DNA of 63,095 nucleotides, filler included. It is 8 parts of 8 records of this genome, joined end to end, with 100 filler letters (N's around TTAATTAATTAA, not from the genome) between each part and the next. Parts side by side here need not be neighbours in the genome. Positions count along the whole stretch, not along the records: positions 1 to 6,006 come from SRR31147125_16473; positions 6,107 to 11,923 come from SRR31147125_16474; 6 more parts are not named here. One strand, written 5' to 3'. Shown here in pieces: positions 1 through 10,100 of this stretch (position 1 is the stretch's first letter; every line of letters begins with the position of its first letter). A program made the translations under genes and the position numbers. The notes below the pieces were generated by a model. The model had not been told where the DNA came from. It was given only the letters and a program-made list of their open reading frames with translations, and searched no databases.

Positions 1-245
1 TTTTTGTAATTGGCAAAAAGACTTAACAATCCATTTGCTGAAGTTGAATTTTCACCTCCGGCAGACCAATTTGTTAACGATGTTTGCGATAGATTAATAG
101 CTATGGAACCTCCTGTTTTCCATCCATCTACCGTGTCTTTTGAAGCTGCCCGTATTTTTTTCTCTGCCTCAGTTACCTGGGCATATGTTATTAAAGGTAA
201 ACTTGTTATAAAAAATAGAAATACTAATAAAAATGTGTTTTTCAT
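1..245 (-). CDS. DUF3078-family outer-membrane protein, 5' part (runs off window start)
   Basis: Manual translation from ATG at 245: MKNTFLLVFLFFITSLPLITYAQ...DGWKTGGSIAINLSQTSLTNWSAGGENS. Signal peptide plus the W-x-x-GG...SQ...NW-x-AGGEN pattern typical of Bacteroidota DUF3078. Absent from the ORF track because it has no stop in the window. Confidence 0.75.
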   Translation of the reverse strand, partial: MKNTFLLVFLFFITSLPLITYAQVTEAEKKIRAASKDTVDGWKTGGSIAINLSQTSLTNWSAGGENSTSANGLLSLFANYK

Positions 246-456
246 TTTAAGGGTTTATAATTGATTGATATTAAATTTTCAAATAACGTGCATGGCCATT
301 TTTTTATGGCATCCAAAATTACGGTTTTATAACAAGTATGTATAATTTTTGTTCGGAAAAATGAAAAAAGGCTAAGGAAATTAGAGGGGATGGGAGATTG
401 ACTTATTCCTTAGCCTTGTGCTAAAATAGCAGCTTAGAGATGAGCTGAATATTCTA

Positions 457-1488
457 TTAATATGTCAGGGAAATACTTTTACTTTCTGATATTGTTCTTA
501 ATTCAATTTCTGTATCCGTATCGTATAAATTTCTTAAAGCTAAAAGGTTAAAACATAGTGTATGGGTTATAAATGCTTCGCACATATCACCGTTTGCATT
601 ATGAGATAACCAGAAGACAGGTTTTGGTAAAGGCGGTGTGCCGCATGTTATCGGATACATTAACAATTGATAAGAGTGTTCTGCACATCCACCGGAATGG
701 CCTATTGATATATATAAATTGTCGCCCTCAATATAGGCTGAATCTATACCTATATCATCAGATGGATAATCATCCAGCGAACTACCAATTGGCATAGTTG
801 TGTATGAAGGACATGATAAACTTTCAACTTTATAGATTTTCACAATTTGTCCGACCATACATATGGAAGCCATTCCATCCATTTCCTCGTACCATAATGT
901 TATTTCTTGTCCATCATAAAATTGAATATTTGGCAAAACAACTCCTGGTTCTAATTTTTCACCATTATCTAATTCTATTACCATCCCACAACCGTCAAGT
1001 CCGGTATAATCTCTAACTATGCCATTAACTTCAGATATTACACCCTCTAATTCATCCAGGTACTGAATGTAAATTTTTACCGAATAATCATTTTTTGAAA
1101 TCTCACTGTCATCCGGATAAGGATTGACTTCTGAGAGTTTAAAATACAAATCATCAATTACTTTTTCTGATGCCAGATAAGAACTTCCATGAGTATTTAA
1201 ATAAATAATGTTCTCACTTGCTCCATCAAAGTAAATAAGCTTGACCTTGGCATTTCCTTCCCAAACACATTGCACATTGCTCGGACATCGGGATTCCTCT
1301 ACATCAACAAACTTAATCCAGCTTTTTCCGTCTTGTAAATTAATTGTCTCATTGAAATTAATAACAAGCGTATCACCAGAAGCACTTTTTAACTGCTTTC
1401 TTTCTGCATTACCATCAATTTGATTTTCTTTCTCGCAGTACACAAAAAATATACTGATTACTATACTGTATAAAAACATTTTTTTCAT
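457..1488 (-). CDS. Three-module Cys-rich lipoprotein, unknown function
   Basis: ORF 457-1518 with likely start MKKMFLYSIVISIFFVYC at 1488 (lipoprotein-like signal). Modules: ESRCPSNVQCVWEG; GLDGCG...SICMVG; HSGGC...GDMCEAF. Confidence 0.7.
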   Translation of the reverse strand: MKKMFLYSIVISIFFVYCEKENQIDGNAERKQLKSASGDTLVINFNETINLQDGKSWIKFVDVEESRCPSNVQCVWEGNAKVKLIYFDGASENIIYLNTHGSSYLASEKVIDDLYFKLSEVNPYPDDSEISKNDYSVKIYIQYLDELEGVISEVNGIVRDYTGLDGCGMVIELDNGEKLEPGVVLPNIQFYDGQEITLWYEEMDGMASICMVGQIVKIYKVESLSCPSYTTMPIGSSLDDYPSDDIGIDSAYIEGDNLYISIGHSGGCAEHSYQLLMYPITCGTPPLPKPVFWLSHNANGDMCEAFITHTLCFNLLALRNLYDTDTEIELRTISESKSISLTY

Positions 1489-1507
1489 ATCTAAACCTTT
1501 TAAATAT

Positions 1508-2758
1508 TTAATCCTCAATTACCGGCTTTTTAACTTTTCCGATAAATAAAATAGTCTTACTTGAATTTTCTTGTATAATGAAAACAAAGGGCTTATTTGC
1601 ATTGAAATAGAATAAATCTTTTTGTTCCCCATCTCCTGCAGATGTCCTAATGATTTCAATAGCAGTTACTGCCGCAGCTTCTGTACCTTCTTCGTTAATC
1701 TCAACAAAAGATTTGTGAATGACTCGAGAAATTGCCAATGCAATTTCAGAAATCCTGGAAAAATCAGCATCAGCAAATGGTTTTACCATTCCGAGTGCCA
1801 TCAAGTCATCTTTTAGCTCCCTGTCGTAACTAAACTTTAATTTAGGGATTTCAACATACACATCTTTATTAAAATCAAACTGTTCGTTGTATGAATCCCA
1901 ACCATTTTCCCCAAATTCTTCCACCAAGTCTTCAGTTGACACATTATCATTCGGTAACAATACGTACATAGAATATGCACCATTTCCATAGGGCAATTCA
2001 ACTCCTGAAAATAAATCATTCTCCGTATATCGAAGTTTAGCTTCCTGTTTCATGTATTTTACCCTATGCAATATGTATCCATAATCTGGATAAAAATTAC
2101 CTTCGGTAGTGTTCTCTTCATCAAATTCATATTTCCAGGTACCATTAAAATAAATGGAATTTATTAGATACATAACAGCATCTGCCGGAATACCATCAAT
2201 AATTTGTTCTATTTTATTATTGGTTTTGTCCTTTACCCAACCATTTATAATATTTACAGATTCAGGATCTGTAAAATCCAGGTTCTCTACTTCAGCATTA
2301 AAATATTCCTGGTTAACATCAATAAAATCTTGTTTTACCGGAAAATCCTCCCTATTCCAAATAGAATTAGCAATATCCATTACAACATTGTTATCAAGGG
2401 CTTTCATTCCAGCAACAACAGATTTATAATTCTCATTAATCTCATCCCTTGTTAAATTCTCAAAATGGAATGTTTGGGCAATTTCATCGTAGGTATCACC
2501 TTCGGCACCGTTTAAAGCCATTCCAAAAGCAAACGAGATACTGAGAGGTGAAATAAATAGGTTCTTATCATTTTCCGTATCCTGGTTAATAATATCGAGC
2601 AGTTCGAAACCAAAATTGTTGCCGCTTTCAACCAATAACTTTCCTGATTTGGTCAACTTTAATTCCGGTGCTTCTCCCGAATTATTTGTCTTTTCTTTTT
2701 CGCATGAGATGAGCGTTCCAAAAAATATTATAAGTATTACGTATTTTATAGTTTTCAT
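1508..2758 (-). CDS. Serpin family protease inhibitor, lipoprotein (miropin-like)
   Basis: Start MKTIKYVILIIFFGTLISC at 2758. Serpin motifs NLFISPLSI, IANSIW, NSIYFNGTW, hinge EEGTEAAAVT and FNANKPFVFII. Confidence 0.95.
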   Translation of the reverse strand: MKTIKYVILIIFFGTLISCEKEKTNNSGEAPELKLTKSGKLLVESGNNFGFELLDIINQDTENDKNLFISPLSISFAFGMALNGAEGDTYDEIAQTFHFENLTRDEINENYKSVVAGMKALDNNVVMDIANSIWNREDFPVKQDFIDVNQEYFNAEVENLDFTDPESVNIINGWVKDKTNNKIEQIIDGIPADAVMYLINSIYFNGTWKYEFDEENTTEGNFYPDYGYILHRVKYMKQEAKLRYTENDLFSGVELPYGNGAYSMYVLLPNDNVSTEDLVEEFGENGWDSYNEQFDFNKDVYVEIPKLKFSYDRELKDDLMALGMVKPFADADFSRISEIALAISRVIHKSFVEINEEGTEAAAVTAIEIIRTSAGDGEQKDLFYFNANKPFVFIIQENSSKTILFIGKVKKPVIED

Positions 2759-2783
2759 AATAAAAATTTGTTGTTTGTGTTGA

Positions 2784-2812
2784 AGATGTAGATAGTTAAC
2801 ATTTGGTTGCGT
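2784..2812 (-). promoter_or_regulatory. Candidate ECF-sigma promoter facing the serpin operon
   Basis: Minus strand ACGCAACC-aaatgttaactatct-ACATCT (15-nt spacer). Same architecture as the plus-strand copy at 2842-2870. Confidence 0.55.
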
Positions 2813-2841
2813 CATCAATAAAAAATATTTTTTTAGGTGTA

Positions 2842-2870
2842 ACGCAACCATTTTTTAACTTTTTGCATCA
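2842..2870 (+). promoter_or_regulatory. Candidate ECF-sigma autoregulatory promoter
   Basis: ACGCAACC-attttttaacttttt-GCATCA (15-nt spacer) upstream of the ECF gene, with the AAC -35 core typical of ECF promoters. Confidence 0.55.
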
Positions 2871-2974
2871 AGCATTTGACTGATATTTATATGAGGATGG
2901 GAACAGAAATAAATAACTGGTTATCAATATAGTTAAATTAATAGTGTAATTTTGATGATAAGAAAAACGAGCAA

Positions 2975-3526
2975 TTGATAACCACTTTAGAAGAAATAAT
3001 TGAAGGTTGTGTTGCAGAGAAAGAAGAGGCACAGAGTACTCTTTACAGGCAATTTTCTGCAAAAATGTATTCTATCTGCCTGCGCTATTCAGGCAACGAA
3101 GAGGATGCAAAAGACGTGCTGCAAGAAGGTTTTATAAAAATATTTCAAAAAATAAAACAATATAAAGGAACAGGTTCTTTTGAAGGTTGGATGAGAAAAA
3201 TAATTGTGAATACTGCTTTATTAAAATATAGAGACAAACATTTTTTATACACCTCTCCTGATGAAGAAAAAGGAATATCGCAAGAATATGGGGAGAACAT
3301 AATTGATATGCTTTCGGCAAAAGATTTATTGCAAATAGTTAAAGAACTTTCGCCACAGTACAGGACTGTATTTAATCTTTTTGCTATTGAAGGATATAGC
3401 CATAAAGAAATAAGTGAGATGCTTAACATCTCTGAAGGAACGTCGAAATCTAATCTTGCCAGGGCAAGAGGAATTTTACAACAAAGGATTAACAATGTTT
3501 TTCGAAAAGCAAAACAAATAGGTTGA
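2975..3526 (+). CDS. ECF RNA polymerase sigma-70 factor
   Basis: Region 2 DAKDVLQEGFIKIF...FEGWMRKIIVN and region 4 YSHKEISEMLNISEGTSKSNLARAR. TTG start. Confidence 0.95.
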   Translation: MITTLEEIIEGCVAEKEEAQSTLYRQFSAKMYSICLRYSGNEEDAKDVLQEGFIKIFQKIKQYKGTGSFEGWMRKIIVNTALLKYRDKHFLYTSPDEEKGISQEYGENIIDMLSAKDLLQIVKELSPQYRTVFNLFAIEGYSHKEISEMLNISEGTSKSNLARARGILQQRINNVFRKAKQIG

Positions 3527-3530
3527 TGTA

Positions 3531-4967
3531 ATGGAAATGAAGGGAAATAATATTGACAATCTTTTTAAAGAAGGACTTTTTGAGCATGAAGTTAGTCCTC
3601 CAGAAGAAGTTTGGGGGGACATCAGCGACCAACTTAAAAAGAAAAAATCTAAAAAAGCACTTATATTCTGGTACCGGGTGGCTGCTGGTGTAACAATACT
3701 AATTGCAAGCACTTGGTTTATTTCAAAAAATATTTCTGATATTAAAAACAATACAACAGAATTAACACAAACAAATCAGACAGAAGCGAAAGAAAAATCA
3801 CCAATTATTTCAGAAAAATCGAATATTAAATCTCAAACAAATAAAGAAAGTATAACTGGTGAACAGATAAACCAAACAACTAAACAAAATGAAATTACCC
3901 GAATAGATAATTCCAACAACACTGTGATAAATGAGCAACAACAAATTCTCTCAAAAGAAAATGTTGTCGAAAATAACAATGAAAAAAGCTGGCTAACGAT
4001 TAAAAATGAAGAAGAACAATTTGGCACTGTACTAGCTGCGGAAGAAACTCATGATAATAATTCTTTCGACGAATTGGCTTTACTCGATATTTCCTTAAAA
4101 ACAGAAATACAAGAAGATCTAATTGAATTTGATTATACTGACATAAAGGTTGTTAACAACAATAAAAACAATACTAACCAATGGGAAGTTGGTGGATATT
4201 ATGCCCCGGTATACAGCTATCGCGCCCTTGAACCTGGCAACAGCGATTTGGTAGAAGCAAACAGCTTTACATCAAACTCAGAGGAAGGGCAGGTAACATA
4301 CTCCGGTGGGTTCACCGTAAATTATAAGGTAACAAAACGTTTATCTATCGGTACAGGCTTATCGGTAATGAACCACAGCTATAAAATTTCTAATGTTGCC
4401 ACACTTGCTGTTGATAATAACCTGGCTTATTATGCCGATAGCAGAATGTCTTACAAAAGCAACCAGATTTATACGGTAAATAATTCAATTGGCCAAATAT
4501 CAGCATCTGGTTTTACCCAAGCATTTTCTAATCAGGACAACTCTAATGTGCCATTAACATCAGAGAGCCAAACAGTATTAAACAATAGTTTTGCTTTACC
4601 CGACAACCAGGAAATAGATCAATCGTTTAACTATATGGAAATACCTTTGTTACTCCGCTATAAACTTATTGATAAAAGCTTGGGATTGCATGTTGTAAGC
4701 GGCGTTAGTTCGTATTTCCTTATTAATAACAAAGTCACAATAAAATCTCCTGAACAATCTGATATTTCAGGGGAAACTTCAAATATAAGAACATCAAATA
4801 TCAGTGGTTCTATTGGACTGGGCCTTAATTATACATTCTCAAAATCGTTAAGGTTTAATATGGAGCCTCTTTTTAAAATCTTTCTGAATTCAATAAATAC
4901 ATCAAATTCGATGGGTGTCTACCCTTATACTTTCGGAATCTATTCCGGTGTTTTTTATAGCTTCTAA
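3531..4967 (+). CDS. Putative anti-sigma factor with C-terminal outer-membrane beta-barrel (PorT-like)
   Basis: Immediately follows the ECF gene. N-terminal IDNLFKEGL..HEVSPPEEVW, one TM helix, low-complexity linker, then amphipathic beta-strands (YMEIPLLLRY) ending in terminal Phe (GVFYSF). Confidence 0.7.
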   Translation: MEMKGNNIDNLFKEGLFEHEVSPPEEVWGDISDQLKKKKSKKALIFWYRVAAGVTILIASTWFISKNISDIKNNTTELTQTNQTEAKEKSPIISEKSNIKSQTNKESITGEQINQTTKQNEITRIDNSNNTVINEQQQILSKENVVENNNEKSWLTIKNEEEQFGTVLAAEETHDNNSFDELALLDISLKTEIQEDLIEFDYTDIKVVNNNKNNTNQWEVGGYYAPVYSYRALEPGNSDLVEANSFTSNSEEGQVTYSGGFTVNYKVTKRLSIGTGLSVMNHSYKISNVATLAVDNNLAYYADSRMSYKSNQIYTVNNSIGQISASGFTQAFSNQDNSNVPLTSESQTVLNNSFALPDNQEIDQSFNYMEIPLLLRYKLIDKSLGLHVVSGVSSYFLINNKVTIKSPEQSDISGETSNIRTSNISGSIGLGLNYTFSKSLRFNMEPLFKIFLNSINTSNSMGVYPYTFGIYSGVFYSF

Positions 4968-5227
4968 CATTATCTCAACCTTAATATTTGTCAACTACCT
5001 TACAATAAAAGATATAAATATTCTTTTATATTGTGTCTAGAAAACAACAGCAAAACATTAAACAGTTTTTTGAAAAAATATTATTTAAAATTTATTTAGA
5101 CTAAACAATAAAATAACACGCCATAGGCTAATAAATATAGATGTTTTCAATAATGTTATTATTTAAAATAGTTTAAAAATCAATAGATTATGGCAAATCC
5201 AGATTTGCTTCATGTTTAATTTAGCCA

Positions 5228-5235
5228 TACATTTG
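5228..5235 (+). promoter_or_regulatory. Bacteroidota housekeeping -7 promoter element (TAnnTTTG)
   Basis: TACATTTG about 45 nt upstream of the ATG at 5279. Confidence 0.45.
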
Positions 5236-5278
5236 TTAAACAAAAATGAATGTAGTTTAAACCTTAAAGATTAGTACC

Positions 5279-5781
5279 ATGACATCATTAGAATTCAATT
5301 ATCAATTAACGAGATTAGAAGGAAACCTTCAACGTTTTGCATTGAGTTTAACACAAAACATGGAAGATGCAAAAGACTTAATGCAAGAGACATTTATGAA
5401 AGCAATTGCATACAGGGATAAATTTGTTGACCATACAAATCTCAAGGCATGGACTTTCACTATAATGAAAAATACGTTTATCAACAATTATCGAAAAGCT
5501 GTAAAAGCAAATACAACTTTTGATAATACAGATGATCTATATTATCTAAACCTGAATAAAGAATCAGGTATGGATACTCCGGATTCATCATACGCAACAA
5601 AAGAGATACAAATTGCAATTAATGATTTGGAAGACGAATTCCGTGTTCCTTTCATGATGCATGTTAAGGGTTATAAGTACAAAGAGATTGCAGATAAATT
5701 AGATCTCAAAATAGGTACGGTAAAAGTAGAATTTTCTTTACCCGCAAAAAATTAATGGAAGCGCTGAAAGACTATCAATAG
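5279..5781 (+). CDS. ECF sigma-70 factor with 1-nt frameshift near the 3' end
   Basis: DAKDLMQETFMKA...NLKAWTFTIMKNTFIN...GYKYKEIADKLDLKIGTVK. Adding one A to the run at 5722-5725 restores the canonical GTVKSRIFFTRKKLMEALKDYQ*, with TAG at 5779-5781. Confidence 0.9.
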
Positions 5782-5791
5782 TCTTTTCAGC
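5762..5791 (+). terminator. Hairpin overlapping the sigma stop codon
   Basis: gctgaaagacta-tcaa-tagtcttttcagc inverted repeat. Confidence 0.4.
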
Positions 5792-5866
5792 CTCCATAAA
5801 ATTTCATTTTATTTTTCTATTTAAATTAATAATCCATCAATTGAGATGGAATGGAAAGGGTACGTC

Positions 5867-6006
5867 ATGAAGTTAAATGGAAATCCTATACAAGAACTGG
5901 AAGTATTAAATGATATACTTGAAAAAAACATCGAAATAATCGGCGACAATCATATAGCTACAAGCCTTGATACGCCTTTAAAGGAAGATGCCTTTCAGTT
6001 ATCTGA
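5867..6006 (+). CDS. folE: GTP cyclohydrolase I, N-terminal fragment (truncated by contig end)
   Basis: IGDNHIATSLDTPLKEDAFQLS resembles the Bacteroidota FolE N-terminal extension. Catalytic region not visible. Confidence 0.65.
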
Positions 6007-6106
6007 NNNNNNNNNNNNNNNNNNNNNNNNNNNNNNNNNNNNNNNNNNNNTTAATTAATTAANNNNNNNNNNNNNNNNNNNNNNNNNNNNNNNNNNNNNN
6101 NNNNNN
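6007..6106. other. Artificial contig spacer
   Basis: N44-TTAATTAATTAA-N44. The 12-mer puts stops in all six frames. Confidence 0.98.
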
Positions 6107-6286
6107 TCAAAAGTGTAAAGAAACTGTACACTTGAAAGGCTGAAAACCTCCCCGAAAAACGCATTTTCGTGTTTTTTATTGCCTGCGCACAAAGTAAGGT
6201 ATTATAAAAAAAGACACACTTTTCTTCGTCAGGGAAGCCGGTTTTGAAGATAAAAAAACAATTGCTATTGCATGGGAAAAACACAA

Positions 6287-8275
6287 ATGAAAAACAATAA
6301 AAAGATCATATTCCAGTTCGTTTTTGCAATACTTTTCCTGTGTTTGGCGATTGCCTGTGATTCGGATCAAACAGAAAATTCTGATATCGATGGGGATAAG
6401 GATGTCACGGAAGATGAAAAAGATTCTGCCGAAATTCCGGACTACAAAGCTCCTCCTGAATCAGCAGATAAAAAACTTTTTCAAGGCGTGGGGCGCATTC
6501 GTATTTATGGTATGGCGATTATGAAAATACGGAAAACAGTAAGTCAAAAAGCCTAAACGGCCCCAGTTTATTTTGGCGTCAGTATTCGGATTTTGCATCC
6601 CATTTCGGGATATATCGTCCACTATTAGCACCGATCATGGAAGTGAAAAACAAATCCGAATGTTTGCTTGTTAATAGAAGCTGGAAAGCCAGTCGCATGT
6701 TTCGGCAATATACTTGTGGCAGCATCGATATAGCTGAAACTTCCGTGTATCTCAGTTCCGAAACTGTGGCACTGCATTTTGAAATTACAAACAACGGGCA
6801 GAAACAATCTTTCAGTTTGCACGGAAAAACACCATTTGATTCCGATTTCACCAAAATCGAAAAAGGGCAGGGGTGAGATAAGTATTGAAATTACAGGAGT
6901 TTATGAAAACTTGTGGAGTGAGGCAACTCCGGCGAAATGGAACATTTCGCTGATTCCGAATCCTTCTCCTGATAATACGACGATTGATTCCCGAAGCCGT
7001 TCCTGGGATTGTGTGTATTCGATAGATGAAAATGAGAGTCTTGAAATAACGCTCAGAGTTCAGACCGGTGAAGAGGACAATACAAAAGCAAAAATTAGCA
7101 CACAGCAAATCGATGACACTATAGGCGAGCTTGATCAGGAAATCGATAGCTGGTTTAAGGAAAGCCCGTCAATCGAAAAGTTGAGTGATCCTGATTACGC
7201 AAATGCATGGTATCTGTTCTGGGAAAACAGTATGTCGCCTGTTGGCAATATAAGTTATGAAGCGATTACTCCGAGCAAGCGACATTACTTTCGAGGTGTC
7301 TGGTTATGGGACTCGGCTTTTCACGCATTGGCTTTGTCACTGGGTGGTGTAAATGCCCGAAAACTGGCAAGAAATCAGATAGATATTTTTGTTTCGCAGC
7401 CTCTTGCTGACGGACATTTATCGAGAGAAATCTGGTTTGACAGCATCAATCCGGGAACACAACCTCCTGCACTGCTTACATGGGCTTCAATTTTGCTGGA
7501 AGATGCAAAAGATAATGAAAAAACAGAGTCTCATTTGGCCGAAGATTACAAGGTTTACAGCAAAAATCATCAATGGTTTTACGATTTTAAAGATTCCGAT
7601 AATGATGGATTGTGCGAATGGATCGGAACCGATAGCGGCTGGGATACATCACCCCGCTGGGACAATGGTGCATTGGAAGCACTGGATCTTGTTTGCTGGC
7701 TTTATCTCGATGCGAGACTTTTGGCGAAAATGGCAAAAAGACTGGGAAAACAACAGGATAGCGACAAGTGGAACAAAGAAGCGGATGGTTTGGCATTGCG
7801 TATCAAGGATGAATTCTGGGATAATGAAAGCAAGCAATTTGTCGATCTGATGATCGAAAACAATACAAAAATAAAGGAAGCTTCACCGGCAATGTTTTTG
7901 CCTTTGTTTGTAGGTGTTGCATCTGATGAGCAAGCCAAAGCGGTAGCGAGTCACTTAAGCGATCCTGATATTTTTGCCACTCCATATGGCTTACCGACAA
8001 CTCCACAAAGTTCACCTGTTTACGATTCTGATGATTACTGGAGAGGGCCTGTCTGGATTGTGACCAATGCGTTTGCGATCTGGGGACTTGAACGCTCAGG
8101 CTTTACCAAAGAAGCAGAAAAACTTCGCAAAGATACATTGGATATGATCGCATCTTACGACACCACATGGGAATACTACGATTCACAAACAGGCAAGGGA
8201 CTCGGAGCCGAGAATTTCATGTGGTCGGCTGCTTTTTACATTTTACTTCAGGAAAAAGTAACGTTTCCCTGGTAA
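6287..8275 (+). CDS. Lipoprotein glycoside hydrolase, GH63/MGH1-like (alpha/alpha)6 barrel, split by two compensating frameshifts
   Basis: Lipoprotein signal ...LAIAC. ORFs 6272-6556, 6637-6876 and 6779-8275 join via a missing T at 6477-6481 (giving LFSRRGAHSYLW) and one extra base near 6860-6873. Motifs VWLWDSAFH, SGWDTSPRWD, YWRGPVW, WEYYD. Confidence 0.8.
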
Positions 8276-8441
8276 TGGGATGCAGTTCTTATACAGCCTT
8301 CACCGGACAAATCAACGCTTCTTACGCAAAGGTAAAAAACAAGTTCTTGTCATACTAAAACTAGTGAGTTAGTATTGGCGCAATCGATCAATTAGTTAGA
8401 ATTTTAATGGAGCAAATCAAAGGGAAATTGTGGTAGCTGAT

Positions 8442-9689
8442 ATGAAAAACGGTATAGTTGTTTTTATTTTGTTAGTTCTTGTTCTTCTGTCTTCCTGCGA
8501 TATATTTTTGCCGGATCAAGGGGCTTTCGGTCAAGCTTGCACAGATGGTGGTCTTTGCCTTGATGGTCTTGTTTGTGATATCGAAAAAAACCAGTGCGTG
8601 AAAGTAGTCGGATTGGATGGTGATGCAGATGAAAGCGATTTGGAATCCTCTGACAAGGAAAAGTATGAAGCGGAAACTGACCTCAGTGATTCTGACCAGT
8701 CTGTAACCGATGGAGATGACGATTCTGTAACAACTATTGATGTTGCATGTGAATATAAAACGGCTGATCAATGCGCCGAGTACCATTGGCCTGAGAACTG
8801 CGCAGATTCTCCTTGTGTCGAATACGGATGGCAACACACCTGCAATAAAGACACTAATAAATGCGAAAATACCGGTTTGGATTTTGGTGAAACGGAAGAC
8901 ATTTCAGATAATATCAAAAGTTTTGTGGGAGTCTGGGGTTCTATAATTGCTGTTTCGACAATCACTTCAGGTATGCCTGTAGTAGGTGAGCAAAAATCGA
9001 TGACATTTTATTGGAACCTGATTCGATTAAGTAGAAAATTTTTACCAGGCAGCAATGAGGGTGATTTGGTAATGGATTCCAAAGTTTGTAAAATGGAATT
9101 CTATGATTATGAAGATCCCAAACTGGGGGGAAATAGTGATCCCATTGCGTGGCAACAATATCCAGAAGCATACTGGAAAAACCTGGAAAAAACATACACT
9201 CCTTTTTTCCTAAATTCCAATGCAAATGCAAAAGATGAAAAGTTCTTTGTTGCAATGGATGAGGAAACAAGAGGATGTGTTTTAGAATATGAAAACAGTA
9301 AATTCCCGGATGAAGCAAACGATTCTCAAGTGTGGGATCAGGATAAGGATGAAAAACCCGGAATGACCATGACCATGCATGGAACTGTGACAGGGGAGAC
9401 TTATTATGTTGAAAGACACAAATGTTCTTTCGATGGGACGGTAAAGAAAAAAGATTATATTTCCGGTAATTACGCCTGCGAAATCGAGATAAAACAAATT
9501 GGAGCTAGTAAAGATGTTCTTTATGTCGAAACTGCCAAAACTGCATTCAACGACAATGAGCGTGACAGAAGTTATTTCCGTATGATGAAGCTTGATAATG
9601 ATGCGACATGCGAAGAACTTTTAAAGATTGTAGAAGAGAAAGATGAATGGCTAAGCGTTACCGCAGAACTGGATGATGTTTCGCCGTAG
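8442..9689 (+). CDS. Cys-rich lipoprotein with acidic DGD linker, unknown function
   Basis: Signal MKNGIVVFILLVLVLLSSC, small Cys-rich modules, Asp/Glu-rich linker with DGD units, C-terminal domain with DQDKDEKPGMT. Confidence 0.7.
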   Translation: MKNGIVVFILLVLVLLSSCDIFLPDQGAFGQACTDGGLCLDGLVCDIEKNQCVKVVGLDGDADESDLESSDKEKYEAETDLSDSDQSVTDGDDDSVTTIDVACEYKTADQCAEYHWPENCADSPCVEYGWQHTCNKDTNKCENTGLDFGETEDISDNIKSFVGVWGSIIAVSTITSGMPVVGEQKSMTFYWNLIRLSRKFLPGSNEGDLVMDSKVCKMEFYDYEDPKLGGNSDPIAWQQYPEAYWKNLEKTYTPFFLNSNANAKDEKFFVAMDEETRGCVLEYENSKFPDEANDSQVWDQDKDEKPGMTMTMHGTVTGETYYVERHKCSFDGTVKKKDYISGNYACEIEIKQIGASKDVLYVETAKTAFNDNERDRSYFRMMKLDNDATCEELLKIVEEKDEWLSVTAELDDVSP

Positions 9690-9782
9690 CTATTTCGTGA
9701 ATAATAAAATATATTTGAGAAAATTGATTTTGTGCTTTTTGCAAATCTACATGTTATAATTGCAACTGCAAGGAGGCAAATT

Positions 9783-10100
9783 ATGGCTGAACCCAAAATA
9801 AGCATTCCCAAAGAAAAAATCGCCAAATGGTGCGAAAAATGGAAAGTAGTTGAATTTTCCTTGTTCGGTTCGGTATTGACGGATAAATTCAACGAAAATT
9901 CCGATATTGATGTCATGGTGTCTTTTTCCGAGGATGCAGAATGGGGATTGTTTAAATTAGTGGAAATGGGAGATGAATTGGAGGCAATCTTCAATCGATC
10001 GGTCGATTTGGTGACCAAGCGAGGCATAGAAAGATCTCCGAATCCATTGCGCAAAAAAGCAATTTTGGAATCAGTGGAGACAATTCATGTATCGGGATGA
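9783..10100 (+). CDS. Minimal nucleotidyltransferase (MntA-like antitoxin)
   Basis: RBS AAGGAGG before the ATG at 9783. GS-x10-DxD motif (FGSVLTDKFNENSDID). Overlaps the downstream HEPN gene. Confidence 0.9.
   Translation: MAEPKISIPKEKIAKWCEKWKVVEFSLFGSVLTDKFNENSDIDVMVSFSEDAEWGLFKLVEMGDELEAIFNRSVDLVTKRGIERSPNPLRKKAILESVETIHVSG

Noticed and set aside
278-312. Sigma-54-like site or GCCAT..ATGGC palindrome upstream of the DUF3078 gene
   Set aside because: Lacks the invariant GG at -24 and GC at -12, and the palindrome is too short to support a call.
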